A stretch of DNA of 64,000 bases from Pelagimonas sp. Lineage in GTDB: Bacteria; Pseudomonadota; Alphaproteobacteria; Rhodobacterales; Rhodobacteraceae. Shown piece by piece: positions 29,361 through 38,732 of the stretch. The notes beneath the pieces are model-generated. The model was not told the origin of the DNA, made no database searches, and worked only from the letters and a program-made list of their open reading frames with translations. Location of the stretch: positions 54,511-118,510 of the forward strand of contig NZ_JBOEGM010000013.1 in the NCBI RefSeq assembly GCF_050633425.1. The letters are read 5' to 3'. The first letter of the stretch is position 1. The number at the start of each line of letters is the position of its first letter. Made by a program: the position numbers and the translations under genes.

Positions 29361-30605
29361 ATGGATGACCTCATCAACAGCTTCATGACTGGCCCTGACG
29401 AAAAAGGGCGTTTTGGCATTCACGGGGGGCGTTTCGTTTCTGAAACCCTGATGCCGCTGATCTTGTCACTTGAAGAAGAATACGAGCGTGCCAAAACCGA
29501 CCAGACCTTCTGGGATGAGATGGACTTCTTGTGGAAGCATTACGTTGGTCGCCCATCGCCTCTTTATCATGCAGAACGTCTGACAGAACGTCTTGGCGGG
29601 GCAAAAATCTATCTCAAACGGGATGAGCTAAATCACACCGGAGCCCATAAAATCAACAATGTGCTCGGCCAGATCATTTTGGCGCGCCGCATGGGTAAAA
29701 CCCGGATTATCGCCGAAACCGGCGCTGGGCAGCATGGTGTGGCAACCGCCACCGTTTGTGCCAAATTCGGTTTGAAATGCGTGGTTTACATGGGGGCGCA
29801 CGACGTTGAGCGCCAGGCTCCCAATGTCTTTCGTATGCGGCTCTTGGGGGCCGAAGTTATTCCGGTGACCTCGGGTCGCGGCACGCTCAAAGACGCGATG
29901 AACGATGCTTTGCGGGATTGGGTTACCAATGTGCATGATACGTTTTATTGCATCGGCACCGTTGCCGGGCCGCACCCGTATCCGGCCATGGTTCGTGATT
30001 TCCAATCCATCATCGGTAAAGAAACCAAAGAGCAGATCATGGAGGCCGAAGGGCGTTTGCCCGATACGTTGATTGCCGCCATTGGTGGCGGGTCCAACGC
30101 GATGGGCCTGTTCTTCCCGTTCCTTGATGACAAGGACGTCAACATCATTGGTGTCGAAGCCGGTGGCAAGGGCGTGAATGACAAGATGGAGCATTGCGCA
30201 TCGCTGACTGGTGGTCGCCCCGGTGTTTTACATGGCAACCGCACGTATCTTCTTCAGGATGATGACGGTCAAATCCTTGAAGGATTTAGTATTTCTGCGG
30301 GTCTCGACTATCCGGGCATTGGACCAGAGCACGCATGGCTCAACGATATTGGCCGCGCCAAATACGTCGCGATCACCGACAAAGAGGCGCTGAGCGCATT
30401 TCAATTAAGCTGCGAGACCGAAGGTATCATTCCCGCGCTTGAGCCAAGCCATGCCCTTGCTCATGTTATGAAAATCGCGCCTGACCTGCCAAAGGACCAC
30501 ATTATTGTCATGAATATGTGTGGGCGCGGCGACAAAGATATCTTTACCGTCGCCAAACACCTTGGCTTTGACATGTCAGACACCGAAGGCCGCACATCGG
30601 ATTGA
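29361..30605 (+). CDS. trpB: Tryptophan synthase beta chain (TrpB1-type), standalone (no trpA adjacent)
   Basis: 'HTGAHKINN' (the PLP lysine), 'GGGSNAMG' and 'GIIPALE'. The next features are tRNA-like sequences, not trpA. Confidence 0.8.
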   Translation: MDDLINSFMTGPDEKGRFGIHGGRFVSETLMPLILSLEEEYERAKTDQTFWDEMDFLWKHYVGRPSPLYHAERLTERLGGAKIYLKRDELNHTGAHKINNVLGQIILARRMGKTRIIAETGAGQHGVATATVCAKFGLKCVVYMGAHDVERQAPNVFRMRLLGAEVIPVTSGRGTLKDAMNDALRDWVTNVHDTFYCIGTVAGPHPYPAMVRDFQSIIGKETKEQIMEAEGRLPDTLIAAIGGGSNAMGLFFPFLDDKDVNIIGVEAGGKGVNDKMEHCASLTGGRPGVLHGNRTYLLQDDDGQILEGFSISAGLDYPGIGPEHAWLNDIGRAKYVAITDKEALSAFQLSCETEGIIPALEPSHALAHVMKIAPDLPKDHIIVMNMCGRGDKDIFTVAKHLGFDMSDTEGRTSD

Positions 30606-30641
30606 TATTTTTGCAAAGCGCAACCGCTTTGGAAATTGGCA

Positions 30642-30676
30642 AAAGGCGCTTCGGTTCGGAGCGCCTTTTTCATTTG
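30642..30676 (+). terminator. Rho-independent terminator after trpB
   Basis: An AAAAGGCGCT-tcggttcgg-AGCGCCTTTTT hairpin with a T-run. Confidence 0.5.
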
Positions 30677-30879
30677 TTGCGCAGGTGGGTAATAATGTTG
30701 CGCAGGCGCAACGCCCCTGTGGGACATTCAACCAACCGGTTGAACGACTCATCTCTTGCGGATTATTTCCCCCTCGTGGTCCTGATGGATCAGACCTTTG
30801 CGGGCTGAGTTGTTGCTCACCCGGTGCGGTTGGCTCTGCCATTCCCGTATGCCAAGGCTGAGACAGTGGGGTTGCACAG

Positions 30880-30956
30880 TGTGTTGTAGCTCAGTCAGGT
30901 AGAGCAGCGGGGCTAGGTTCCGCAGGTCATGGGTTCGACTCCCGTCAACATATCCA
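30880..30956 (+). tRNA. tRNA-like sequence with non-canonical anticodon loop (GCUAGGU; possible pseudo-tRNA)
   Basis: It has D-arm GCTCAGTCAGGTAGAGC, T-arm GGGTTCGACTCCC, a pairing acceptor stem and a 3' CCA. Position 1 is T and the loop has GC at positions 32-33. The nominal anticodon is TAG but the variable arm is short, so it is not a canonical tRNA-Leu. Confidence 0.35.
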
Positions 30957-31029
30957 CAAACGTAGCTCAGTCTGGTAGAGCCCCAAACTCATAATTTGGT
31001 TGTCGCAGGTTCGACTCCTGTCGTTTTTC
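30956..31029 (+). tRNA. tRNA-Met (CAT)-like; no encoded CCA, one acceptor mismatch
   Basis: The anticodon stem CCAAA/TTTGG is perfect, the loop is CTCATAA and the T-arm is GCAGGTTCGACTCCTGT. Acceptor ACAAACG/CGTTTTT has a C2:U71 mismatch. The first nucleotide is also the terminal A of the upstream tRNA-like sequence. Confidence 0.5.
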
Positions 31030-31420
31030 AAAGCTCTTAAGTGAGCACCGGCCTATCACGCCGGCCCGCGTTAAGCGGTCCAACACATCGGGTTCCGAAA
31101 CCATCCTCGCGGGGGTGGATCATGGCAAAGGTCACGACCCGCGCCTGACCCAACCCCGCTCAGGCCATTGGCCGGGGATCGGGAGACGTGCCGCCACCTG
31201 TTGGCCCGCCACGCCTCAATGGGGCAGGGCGCACCATGGGGTCGCGGCACCGCTCGCCCCATCCTCCGCCACTTGCCTTGGCAATGGGGTGGTTTCGGAC
31301 CCACTCATTTCACGCTTTGGTAATCGTGCCGGCGCGTCACACCTGCCGCCAATCCCGGCGCAACCCCAAACACCAAAAGGAGAAAACGCGTTTTGCGCGC
31401 ATGAAGACGTATTGGAGAAT

Positions 31421-32578
31421 ATGATGAAAATGTTGATTGATAAGCTGCAAGGTAAGCAGCGTCTCACCCTGACCGAAACGCAACGGGCACTTGTCCTGTT
31501 GAATGGTTGCTTTGACTCTGTGCTTGGCCCCGGCGAACACCGGCTGAGTGCGCACAAGGCCGAGGTGATTGTATTTGACCTGACAACTCCCGTTTTCACG
31601 TCGCAATATTCCGATGCCCTGATGCGCACGCGGCCCGATCTGGCCGAACCTCATGTGATGGCGGTTGAAACCGGCGCAAATGAGATCGCTGTTCTGAGCC
31701 GAAATGGCCGGGTCTGGGACCTGCTTTTGCCTGACAAGCGTTTGCTTTTGTGGCGCGATGCGGGGGACTGGAAGGTCGAATGCATTGCCTTGTCCGACAC
31801 ACATGACGTGCCCAAAGATTTGGTCCGTCGTTTGGGGCAAACCGAACGCGGTCAAGTTTTGATGCGGAATATGACTTGCGTCGAGATTGGGCTGGGACGG
31901 GTTGGTCTTTGGTCGATTGACGGAGTGCATCAGACGGTGCTCGAGCCCGGAACGTATTGGTTCTGGCAGCTGGGTCGCAAACATTTGGTTAAGCTGGTGG
32001 ATACCCGTTGGCAGACCAAGGATGTGACCGGTCAAGAGATCCTGACCAAGGATCGCGTCTCATTGCGGGTCAATCTGAGCGCGGATTTCCGTGTCACGGA
32101 CCCTGTGCGTGCGGTGTCGACCGTCGGGGATTTTGCCGAATCCTTGCACCGGGCCTTGCAGCTTGCGTTTCGCAAAACCCTTGGCGCGCTGACATTGGAT
32201 CAGATGTTGGCCGATAAGGTGAGTGTCGATGCAGAAGCCGCCGCCAAGGTGCGTGGCGAAATGGCCGAGATCGGCATCGAAGTGGGCGATATCGCATTGA
32301 AAGATGTGATCCTGCCCGGTGAGATGCGCGACATCTTGAACAAGGTTGTTGCAACGCAAAAAGAAGCCGAGGCCAATGTCATCCGGCGTCGTGAAGAAAC
32401 GAACGCAACCCGTTCGCTTTTGAACACCGCCAAGGTGATGGCTGAAAACCCTGTGATGCTGCGCCTCAAAGAGCTTGAGGCATTGGAAAGCATTGCTGGC
32501 AAGGTTGACCAGCTGACCGTGCATAACGGGACAGAAGGGTTGATGAACGGGTTGGTTCGCTTGGCGGATAAGCCTTAA
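31421..32578 (+). CDS. SPFH/band-7 (stomatin/prohibitin-like) domain protein
   Basis: The C-terminal half has an SPFH core and a coiled-coil ('DVILPGEMRDILNKVVATQKEAEANVIRRREETNA'). The start 'MMKMLI' has a GGAGAA ribosome-binding site. The longer upstream ORF extension is GC-rich and non-coding-like. Confidence 0.75.
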   Translation: MMKMLIDKLQGKQRLTLTETQRALVLLNGCFDSVLGPGEHRLSAHKAEVIVFDLTTPVFTSQYSDALMRTRPDLAEPHVMAVETGANEIAVLSRNGRVWDLLLPDKRLLLWRDAGDWKVECIALSDTHDVPKDLVRRLGQTERGQVLMRNMTCVEIGLGRVGLWSIDGVHQTVLEPGTYWFWQLGRKHLVKLVDTRWQTKDVTGQEILTKDRVSLRVNLSADFRVTDPVRAVSTVGDFAESLHRALQLAFRKTLGALTLDQMLADKVSVDAEAAAKVRGEMAEIGIEVGDIALKDVILPGEMRDILNKVVATQKEAEANVIRRREETNATRSLLNTAKVMAENPVMLRLKELEALESIAGKVDQLTVHNGTEGLMNGLVRLADKP

Positions 32579-32606
32579 ACCAAGGGCGGCGCGTTACGTG
32601 TCGCCC

Positions 32607-32987
32607 TTATTCATTCATCGGCAACGCATGTTCTTGGAGCACTTTGAGTGGAACAATCTCCAAAGCATTCCGATGGGTTGCAGAGAGGTTCACCTTTGGC
32701 GCGCACCCTTCGTCATGGGCTTGCAAAAAACGAGCCGCGCACAAGCACCAGTGATCCCCCGGCTTCAATCCAGCAAAGCCAAAATCGGGGCGGGGCGTTG
32801 ACAGATCATTTCCAACATAGGCCGAATAGGCCAAAAACTCAGCTGTCATAACGGCGCAAACGGTGTGACTTCCGGCATCTTGGGCGCAGGTATTGCAATG
32901 CCCATCCCGATAATAGCCGGTCAAAGGATCGTGCGAGCAGGCTTCAAGGGTGCCTCCCAAGGCATTGATAGAAGGTTGTTTCATCAT
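32607..32987 (-). CDS. DUF2237-like small Cys-containing protein
   Basis: The pattern 'CSHDPLTGYYRDGHCNTC..' matches my recollection of the DUF2237 family. Low certainty. Confidence 0.45.
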   Translation of the reverse strand: MMKQPSINALGGTLEACSHDPLTGYYRDGHCNTCAQDAGSHTVCAVMTAEFLAYSAYVGNDLSTPRPDFGFAGLKPGDHWCLCAARFLQAHDEGCAPKVNLSATHRNALEIVPLKVLQEHALPMNE

Positions 32988-34150
32988 GATTCTCGCTCCT
33001 TTAGGTGAGTGGCGATTTTACGAAACATGGTGATGCTATCCTCATTTGCGCCCTCTTCGCGAAAGGCCCGGTCCGCCGCATTGACCGCAATCACAACACC
33101 AGCCTCCTTGTTTACATAAACATATTGTCCGTAGATCCCGCGTGCGAGAAATTCACCCGGCTGCGCGTCTGCGGGCATCCACCACTGATAGCCGTATTTT
33201 AGGTTTCCGGGTTTGGTTTTCGCCGAAGGGGTTGTGCTTTGCACTGCCCAATCTGCGGGAATGATTTGCCGGCCTTGAAACGCGCCATCGTTGCGAAACA
33301 TCTCGCCCATACGAGCATAGTCGCGCGTGGTTAGGTTCAATCCACCCAATACAAATGAAACACCGTCACCATCTGTCACATAATGGGGGGCGCCATAAGT
33401 GCCGAGGGGGCCAAGAACGTATTCTCCCAGAAGATCCGGGATATCGCGGCCGGTTGCCCCACGAAGCACCATTCCAAGAATATGTGTGTCGATTGACACG
33501 TATTTCCATTGCGCACCGGGGGCTTCAAAGGTTTCCGTCAGGCCGGCCGCAAAGCCATCCATGGACCCACCCAATGCCAGAACGCGGCCCATCTTGTTGA
33601 TGTCACTCCAAAAATCGAGATAGTCTTCGTCAAAAGTGACACCCGATGACATTTGTAAGACATTGAGAATAGTCGCGTTTTCGTAGGCACTGCCTTTGAG
33701 CGACGGGGCGTAAGTGGTGACCGTGTCCTCTAGGCTGGCGATATCGCCATTTGCCAGGACAACGCCGAAAAGGGCTGAGAGATAGGATTTCGCGACTGAC
33801 CAGCTGATGCGGGGATCGTTTTGTCCGGTGCCTTGGTAATAGCTCTCGTAATGGATGTCACCGTCTTTTAGAACCACGATTGCCGTGACAGAGCGTCTGT
33901 TCAGCCACTCCTCCCACCCCTGCGGAGGGGTCATGTCTTGGGAAGACAACAGGGGAGTCGGGGTACCGGAAATTTCGATGGGTTTGCTGTGAAACAGGTC
34001 AGCCATATGGCTGAAGTTGTGCACGATCTTTTCTTCCGAAAATAGCGTGTTTACCGCATTTAACCGCACGAGTTCTTCTCGTTTCCAAACGCCCAAAGCC
34101 ACCGCGATTAAAACCAGTCCGGCCAAACCGCGCAAAATTGTTTTCCACAT
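32984..34150 (-). CDS. Beta-lactamase-fold serine hydrolase (class C / esterase-like) with N-terminal membrane anchor
   Basis: An S-x-x-K motif ('SVAKS'), an N-terminal hydrophobic helix and the general fold pattern of penicillin-binding-protein-like esterases. Confidence 0.75.
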   Translation of the reverse strand: MWKTILRGLAGLVLIAVALGVWKREELVRLNAVNTLFSEEKIVHNFSHMADLFHSKPIEISGTPTPLLSSQDMTPPQGWEEWLNRRSVTAIVVLKDGDIHYESYYQGTGQNDPRISWSVAKSYLSALFGVVLANGDIASLEDTVTTYAPSLKGSAYENATILNVLQMSSGVTFDEDYLDFWSDINKMGRVLALGGSMDGFAAGLTETFEAPGAQWKYVSIDTHILGMVLRGATGRDIPDLLGEYVLGPLGTYGAPHYVTDGDGVSFVLGGLNLTTRDYARMGEMFRNDGAFQGRQIIPADWAVQSTTPSAKTKPGNLKYGYQWWMPADAQPGEFLARGIYGQYVYVNKEAGVVIAVNAADRAFREEGANEDSITMFRKIATHLKERES

Positions 34151-34217
34151 GTGCCACCTCCAAGGGCTTCAGAGTGCGCGCAGCATCACGTTGGGGCAAG
34201 CCCTCAGAGACATTTTC

Positions 34218-34904
34218 CTAACGGAACTTGTCAGCCAGCTTTTGTAGCGTTGATCGGGAATCCGGTTCTGCGGGCGGCGTGATTTCAACCGGTTTATTGG
34301 GTTTGTCCTTGGCTTTTGCGGAGGTCGATGATCTCGGTGGGTTCACACGAAGCGCAACCGCGTTTTGAAACCTGCTTGTGTCCCCATCTGCCAAAGATGC
34401 GGCACCATCGCTTAGCCCCCAAAGCAGGTCATTCAGCCAGTCATCATCGGCTTTTGCAAAGTCATGCAGGACATAGGCGGACACCAACTCCTTGCGCCCC
34501 GGATGTCCGATGCCAAGCCGAATACGTTGATAATTCTCGGTGATATGCGCATGGATCGACCGCAAGCCGTTGTGACCAGCATGTCCACCGCCCTGTTTGA
34601 CCCGGCATTTCCCAGGGGCGAGATCAAGCTCGTCGTGGAACACCGTCACATCGCCAGCCTCCAATTTGTAAAAGCGCATCGCCTCGCCAACGGATTGACC
34701 AGATAGATTCATAAAGGTCTCGGGCTTGAGAAGCAGGACTTTGTCGCCGCCCAGACGACCTTCGCAAATCTGCCCCTGAAATTTTGATTTCCAAGGCGAA
34801 AAACCGTGGTCGGAAGCAATCTGATCCAAAACCATAAAGCCGATATTATGCCGGTTTTTGGCATATTTGCTGCCAGGGTTTCCGAGGCCGACAAAAAGTT
34901 GCAT
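34218..34904 (-). CDS. pth: Peptidyl-tRNA hydrolase with basic C-terminal extension
   Basis: 'LFVGLGNPGSKYAKNRHNIGF' and 'HNGLRSI' are Pth signatures. An extra Lys/Pro-rich tail of about 40 aa follows. Confidence 0.85.
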   Translation of the reverse strand: MQLFVGLGNPGSKYAKNRHNIGFMVLDQIASDHGFSPWKSKFQGQICEGRLGGDKVLLLKPETFMNLSGQSVGEAMRFYKLEAGDVTVFHDELDLAPGKCRVKQGGGHAGHNGLRSIHAHITENYQRIRLGIGHPGRKELVSAYVLHDFAKADDDWLNDLLWGLSDGAASLADGDTSRFQNAVALRVNPPRSSTSAKAKDKPNKPVEITPPAEPDSRSTLQKLADKFR

Positions 34905-35117
34905 GGATCGTCTCCGGTTAAATGTCGGCGCAGATATACGACAGGCGCTGTGGGCAGGTAAAGGGCATGCTCTTTTCCAGACCTCGTCGTTAAAACGTTA
35001 CAAAACCGACATGTCAAATATACAAAGAACCTTCAAACCCGCGCAGGAAAACTGTGCGTTGGGTCACGACGACCGCCGCGCGCCCAGCAAACTTACTGTT
35101 AGCAAGGAACTGAAAAC

Positions 35118-37001
35118 ATGGCCGATAAAACTCTGGTTGACCTGTCGTGGGACGATTTCGACGAACACCGTGACCCGCGCCCTGAAACAAACCAATTTGA
35201 TCAAGTGGTCGACCGCGCCGTGAGCCGCCGTGGTTTTCTGGGCGGGGCTTTGGCCTTTGGTTCAGGTGCCGCCGTATTTGGCACGGGTCTGTTTTCCTCA
35301 ACAACGGCCGCTCGCGCGGATGGCCACATGCATTTCGCCTTCAAGCCAATTGCGACGGCCACAGACGCCGCCGTTCATGTGCCCGAAGGCTATCAGAGCC
35401 AGATTCTGGTTCGCTGGGGTGACGCGCTTTGGAGCGAAGCCGACGGCGCTTACAATGGCGAGACCGGTGTGTCCGTTGACATGTCTGACAAGGTTTTTGG
35501 CGAAAACACCGACGGTATGGAGCTGTTTGACGTTGATGGCAAAGAAGTCATCACCGTGAACTCCGAATATGTGAACCCAAAAATCAATTTGCCTGCCGCG
35601 TCCGAAGGTGTCCCGCAGACAGCTGAAGAAGTTCAGCTGCTTAAGAACCTGCAGGGCGTGACGGTGATGGAAATCGCCAAGGGAGAAAACGGTTATGCCG
35701 TTGTCAAAGACAGCCCGCTGAACCGGCGCATCACGCATGAAACCGAAATGGTTCTGACAGGTCCGTTGGCGGGTCACGCCTTGGTTCAAACCAACGCTGA
35801 CCCAGAGGGGATGACCGTCAAAGGAACTATGAACAACTGTGGGTCAGGTCGCACACTTTGGGACACTTATCTCACCTGCGAAGAGAACTTTAACGGTTAC
35901 TTTGGGGCCACTGGTGACATGCCAGAGGGCGAAGGCTATGCCCGTTACGGTATCGGTGGCCAAGGTCGTTATGCGTACGAAAAGTTCGATGAGCGTTACG
36001 ACATTTCTAAAGAGCCGAATGAACCGCATCGTCACGGTTTCATCACTGAAATCGACCCGACAGACCCAACCTCAACCCCGAAAAAGCGCACTGCTCTGGG
36101 CCGTTTCAAGCATGAAAACGCATCCATGGCGCATGCCAAGGACGGCCGTGTTGTTGTTTACATGGGCGACGATGAGCGTGGCGAATACCTTTACAAATTC
36201 GTGTCTGCTGGTGTTTGGGAAAAAGGCACTGACGGCGGTGATCTGCTAAACGAAGGCACTTTGTTCGCAGCCAAGTTCAACGATGACCAATCTGGCGAAT
36301 GGCTGGCATTGACACCGGAAACAACCGGCATGGACGCTGCTGATATCCTGTGCTTCACCCGTATGGCGGCCTCGGCTGTTGGCGCGACCACAATGGACCG
36401 TCCTGAATGGGTTGCGACGAACCCGATCAAGGTTGAAAGCTATTGTGCTCTGACCAATAACAAAAACCGTGGTGTTAAGCCGAACGCGGGTGGCGATGAC
36501 ACATCGGTCAATGCTGTTAACCCGCGCGAGACCAACAACTACGGTCAGATCGTGCGCTGGACCCCAGCCGAAGAAAATCATGCCTCCGACACGTTCACAT
36601 GGGATCTGTATGTCATGGCCGGTAACCCTACCGTTTATGACAATGACTATGCTGGGTCTGACAACGTGAACGAAGGCAACATGTTCAACTCACCCGATGG
36701 GATGGTTTTCGACAGCACGGGGATGCTGTGGATCCAGACAGACGGGAACTACAAGAACGAAGGCGATTTTGCCGGTATGGGCAACAACCAAATGCTGGTT
36801 GGTGATCCGGAAAGCGGTGAGATCGCACGCTTCATGACTGTCCCTTACGGTGCCGAAGTGACCGGACTGTGCTGGAACTTGGACAAGACTGTTGCGTTTG
36901 TTGGCGTACAGCACCCAGGTGGCCAGTGGCCGGATGGTGAAGGTAAACCACGGTCTTCGGTGGTCGCCGTTTGGCGTGAAGATGGCGCGACTATCGGCTA
37001 A
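35118..37001 (+). CDS. phoX: PhoX-family alkaline phosphatase (Tat-secreted)
   Basis: A twin-arginine signal ('SRRGFLGGALAFGSGAA') and a PhoX/DUF839 beta-propeller body of about 600 aa. Confidence 0.8.
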   Translation: MADKTLVDLSWDDFDEHRDPRPETNQFDQVVDRAVSRRGFLGGALAFGSGAAVFGTGLFSSTTAARADGHMHFAFKPIATATDAAVHVPEGYQSQILVRWGDALWSEADGAYNGETGVSVDMSDKVFGENTDGMELFDVDGKEVITVNSEYVNPKINLPAASEGVPQTAEEVQLLKNLQGVTVMEIAKGENGYAVVKDSPLNRRITHETEMVLTGPLAGHALVQTNADPEGMTVKGTMNNCGSGRTLWDTYLTCEENFNGYFGATGDMPEGEGYARYGIGGQGRYAYEKFDERYDISKEPNEPHRHGFITEIDPTDPTSTPKKRTALGRFKHENASMAHAKDGRVVVYMGDDERGEYLYKFVSAGVWEKGTDGGDLLNEGTLFAAKFNDDQSGEWLALTPETTGMDAADILCFTRMAASAVGATTMDRPEWVATNPIKVESYCALTNNKNRGVKPNAGGDDTSVNAVNPRETNNYGQIVRWTPAEENHASDTFTWDLYVMAGNPTVYDNDYAGSDNVNEGNMFNSPDGMVFDSTGMLWIQTDGNYKNEGDFAGMGNNQMLVGDPESGEIARFMTVPYGAEVTGLCWNLDKTVAFVGVQHPGGQWPDGEGKPRSSVVAVWREDGATIG

Positions 37002-37792
37002 GTCGGTTCTTCGTTTGTCCAAGACAAGATGCGGCTCCTGCTTGGGAGCCGCATTTTTGCATGATGGGGCGGGGGGCCGCGCAACGTCGATGACAATGCA
37101 GTCAGAATGCCTCTGAGTTCTGAGCTGGGGGCAAAAGTCGACGGTCGCGACATCCAGTCGAATGGCCAAATTTTTGGAAATCGTCGCTTTATTTCTGAAC
37201 TTTCATGAATTGCGCCTTGGGACCATTCACAATCGGCTGTGCAGGAAAGTTGAAGGGGGCCAAGCTGGCTTGGAACTCGATTTTCTTTGCTAAGTTGCTG
37301 ATTGTATGAATTTTCTTCGTCCCGTTGCACCAGGAGTCGAAGATCAAAACCTTCACGCCTTCATCAAGAACGGCATTTGTAACACGATAAAACCAAAGAC
37401 ATATGCTCTGAGTTATTCCGCCTCCGCGTCCATCAGAAACCTTTTTCTTGCAGGTATGGCTCCCTGATGGGGCGGCCTTTGTCTGGCTGGCTATAACCCA
37501 AAGTTCAACCACGACTGATGCGACAGCGAAAGGACTGAGCTTTTATTTCAATGTTTTACTTGGGTCTTGCACAAGACAATTAATAGAAGGAACGGACCAA
37601 CTAACTCAAGCTGAAGGCTGGCGATGGCACACTGGGCCGCATCCGAAACAACTGGCTCACAGGGGACATCCGACAAACTTGATCTGAGAAAGTCGCACCA
37701 TTTGTGGCTGAAAGACGGGTCGGCGGACAAAGCCGTCGTCATTGCTAAGACGGCTTTGTCTTTATCGTTCGCAGTCTTATCGACTTTAACTG

Positions 37793-38644
37793 TTACTCAA
37801 TGAACGCCCTGATCGCTGCGGTGTATTCGTTCGGCGCTTGAAAGGCTGCGAAGTGGCTGGTGTTCTCAAGGATCTGCAATTCAGCAGAGGGAATGAGGTC
37901 AGCAATCATAACGGAGTGTTCCATCAGGATCGCCTCGTCGAATTCGCTCTGTACCACCAATGTCGGCACCGCAACCGATTTAAGCGCCTCGGTTCCGCCG
38001 GGTTTAGAGGTCCCCCACATGGTTGCGACGCCGCTAAGAAAGGCATCAAACTCTTCAGGGGTTGGGGACATCGCGCCATAGTCAGCTGCCATCATTTCGA
38101 TATACCCACCGAACACCTCGTTGGTTTCGACGTTCGGATCAATTCCATCCAACGTCACATTTCCGGCGTGTGCAAAGTGGCTCGCCAGGCGTTCTGGGTG
38201 GGTTTGCGATAGGACGTAACCGATATTCGCACCATCTGACCAACCCACAAGATGCACCTTGTCGACGTTCAACTGATCAAGAAGCGCCAGATAATCAGCG
38301 GCCAGCAAATCATAGCTATAGTCGCTTCCGTCGTTCGTGGAACGGCCATGCCCACGCGTATCGGCAACGATCACTTTGTGATCCGTCATCAAATCAGCAA
38401 CTTGTGCGCTCCAGATGTCGGCATGTGCCAGCCCGCCGTGGATCATCAGGATCGGCGTTCCATCATCGTCCCCATATACGGCGTGATACATCTCAATCCC
38501 GTTGAGGGTACTTGTGCCGCTGCTTGCCGCTTCCGGCATTGCAGGTGCGGCCGGAATCGACATCCAGCGATCCTCAGCATGAACGGCGCTTGCGACGAAA
38601 AACGCAGCAAGGGTCAGTATTTTTGAAAACATTTTGCTCTCCAA
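37793..38644 (-). CDS. Secreted alpha/beta hydrolase
   Basis: A signal peptide, 'MIHGGLAHADIW' and the nucleophile elbow 'LVGWSDGANIG'. Confidence 0.75.
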   Translation of the reverse strand: MESKMFSKILTLAAFFVASAVHAEDRWMSIPAAPAMPEAASSGTSTLNGIEMYHAVYGDDDGTPILMIHGGLAHADIWSAQVADLMTDHKVIVADTRGHGRSTNDGSDYSYDLLAADYLALLDQLNVDKVHLVGWSDGANIGYVLSQTHPERLASHFAHAGNVTLDGIDPNVETNEVFGGYIEMMAADYGAMSPTPEEFDAFLSGVATMWGTSKPGGTEALKSVAVPTLVVQSEFDEAILMEHSVMIADLIPSAELQILENTSHFAAFQAPNEYTAAIRAFIE

Positions 38645-38732
38645 CCTTGTGTGTGTCCTAATGGACCTGATCCAAGGTTAAGCCGGAACCAGACTTGGCC
38701 GTTATGCACGAAACGCAAACCTTTCACATGAG

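Noticed and set aside
31115-31420. N-terminal ~100-aa extension of the SPFH ORF (487-aa version)
   Set aside because: The extension is Pro/Gly/Arg-rich and GC-rich, has no ribosome-binding site and overlaps the tRNA-like region. The internal ATG at 31421 has a good GGAGAA site and yields a normal-length SPFH protein.
30870-31420. Circularly permuted two-piece tmRNA (ssrA) hypothesis for the tRNA-like pair plus GC-rich leader
   Set aside because: I could not find a tag-peptide reading frame (ANDN...AA-stop) or a tRNA-Ala-like acceptor with G3:U70, so I reported the sequences only as tRNA-like. A covariance-model search would settle it.
35298-35789. 163-aa minus-strand ORF inside phoX
   Set aside because: Antisense to a strongly supported PhoX gene.
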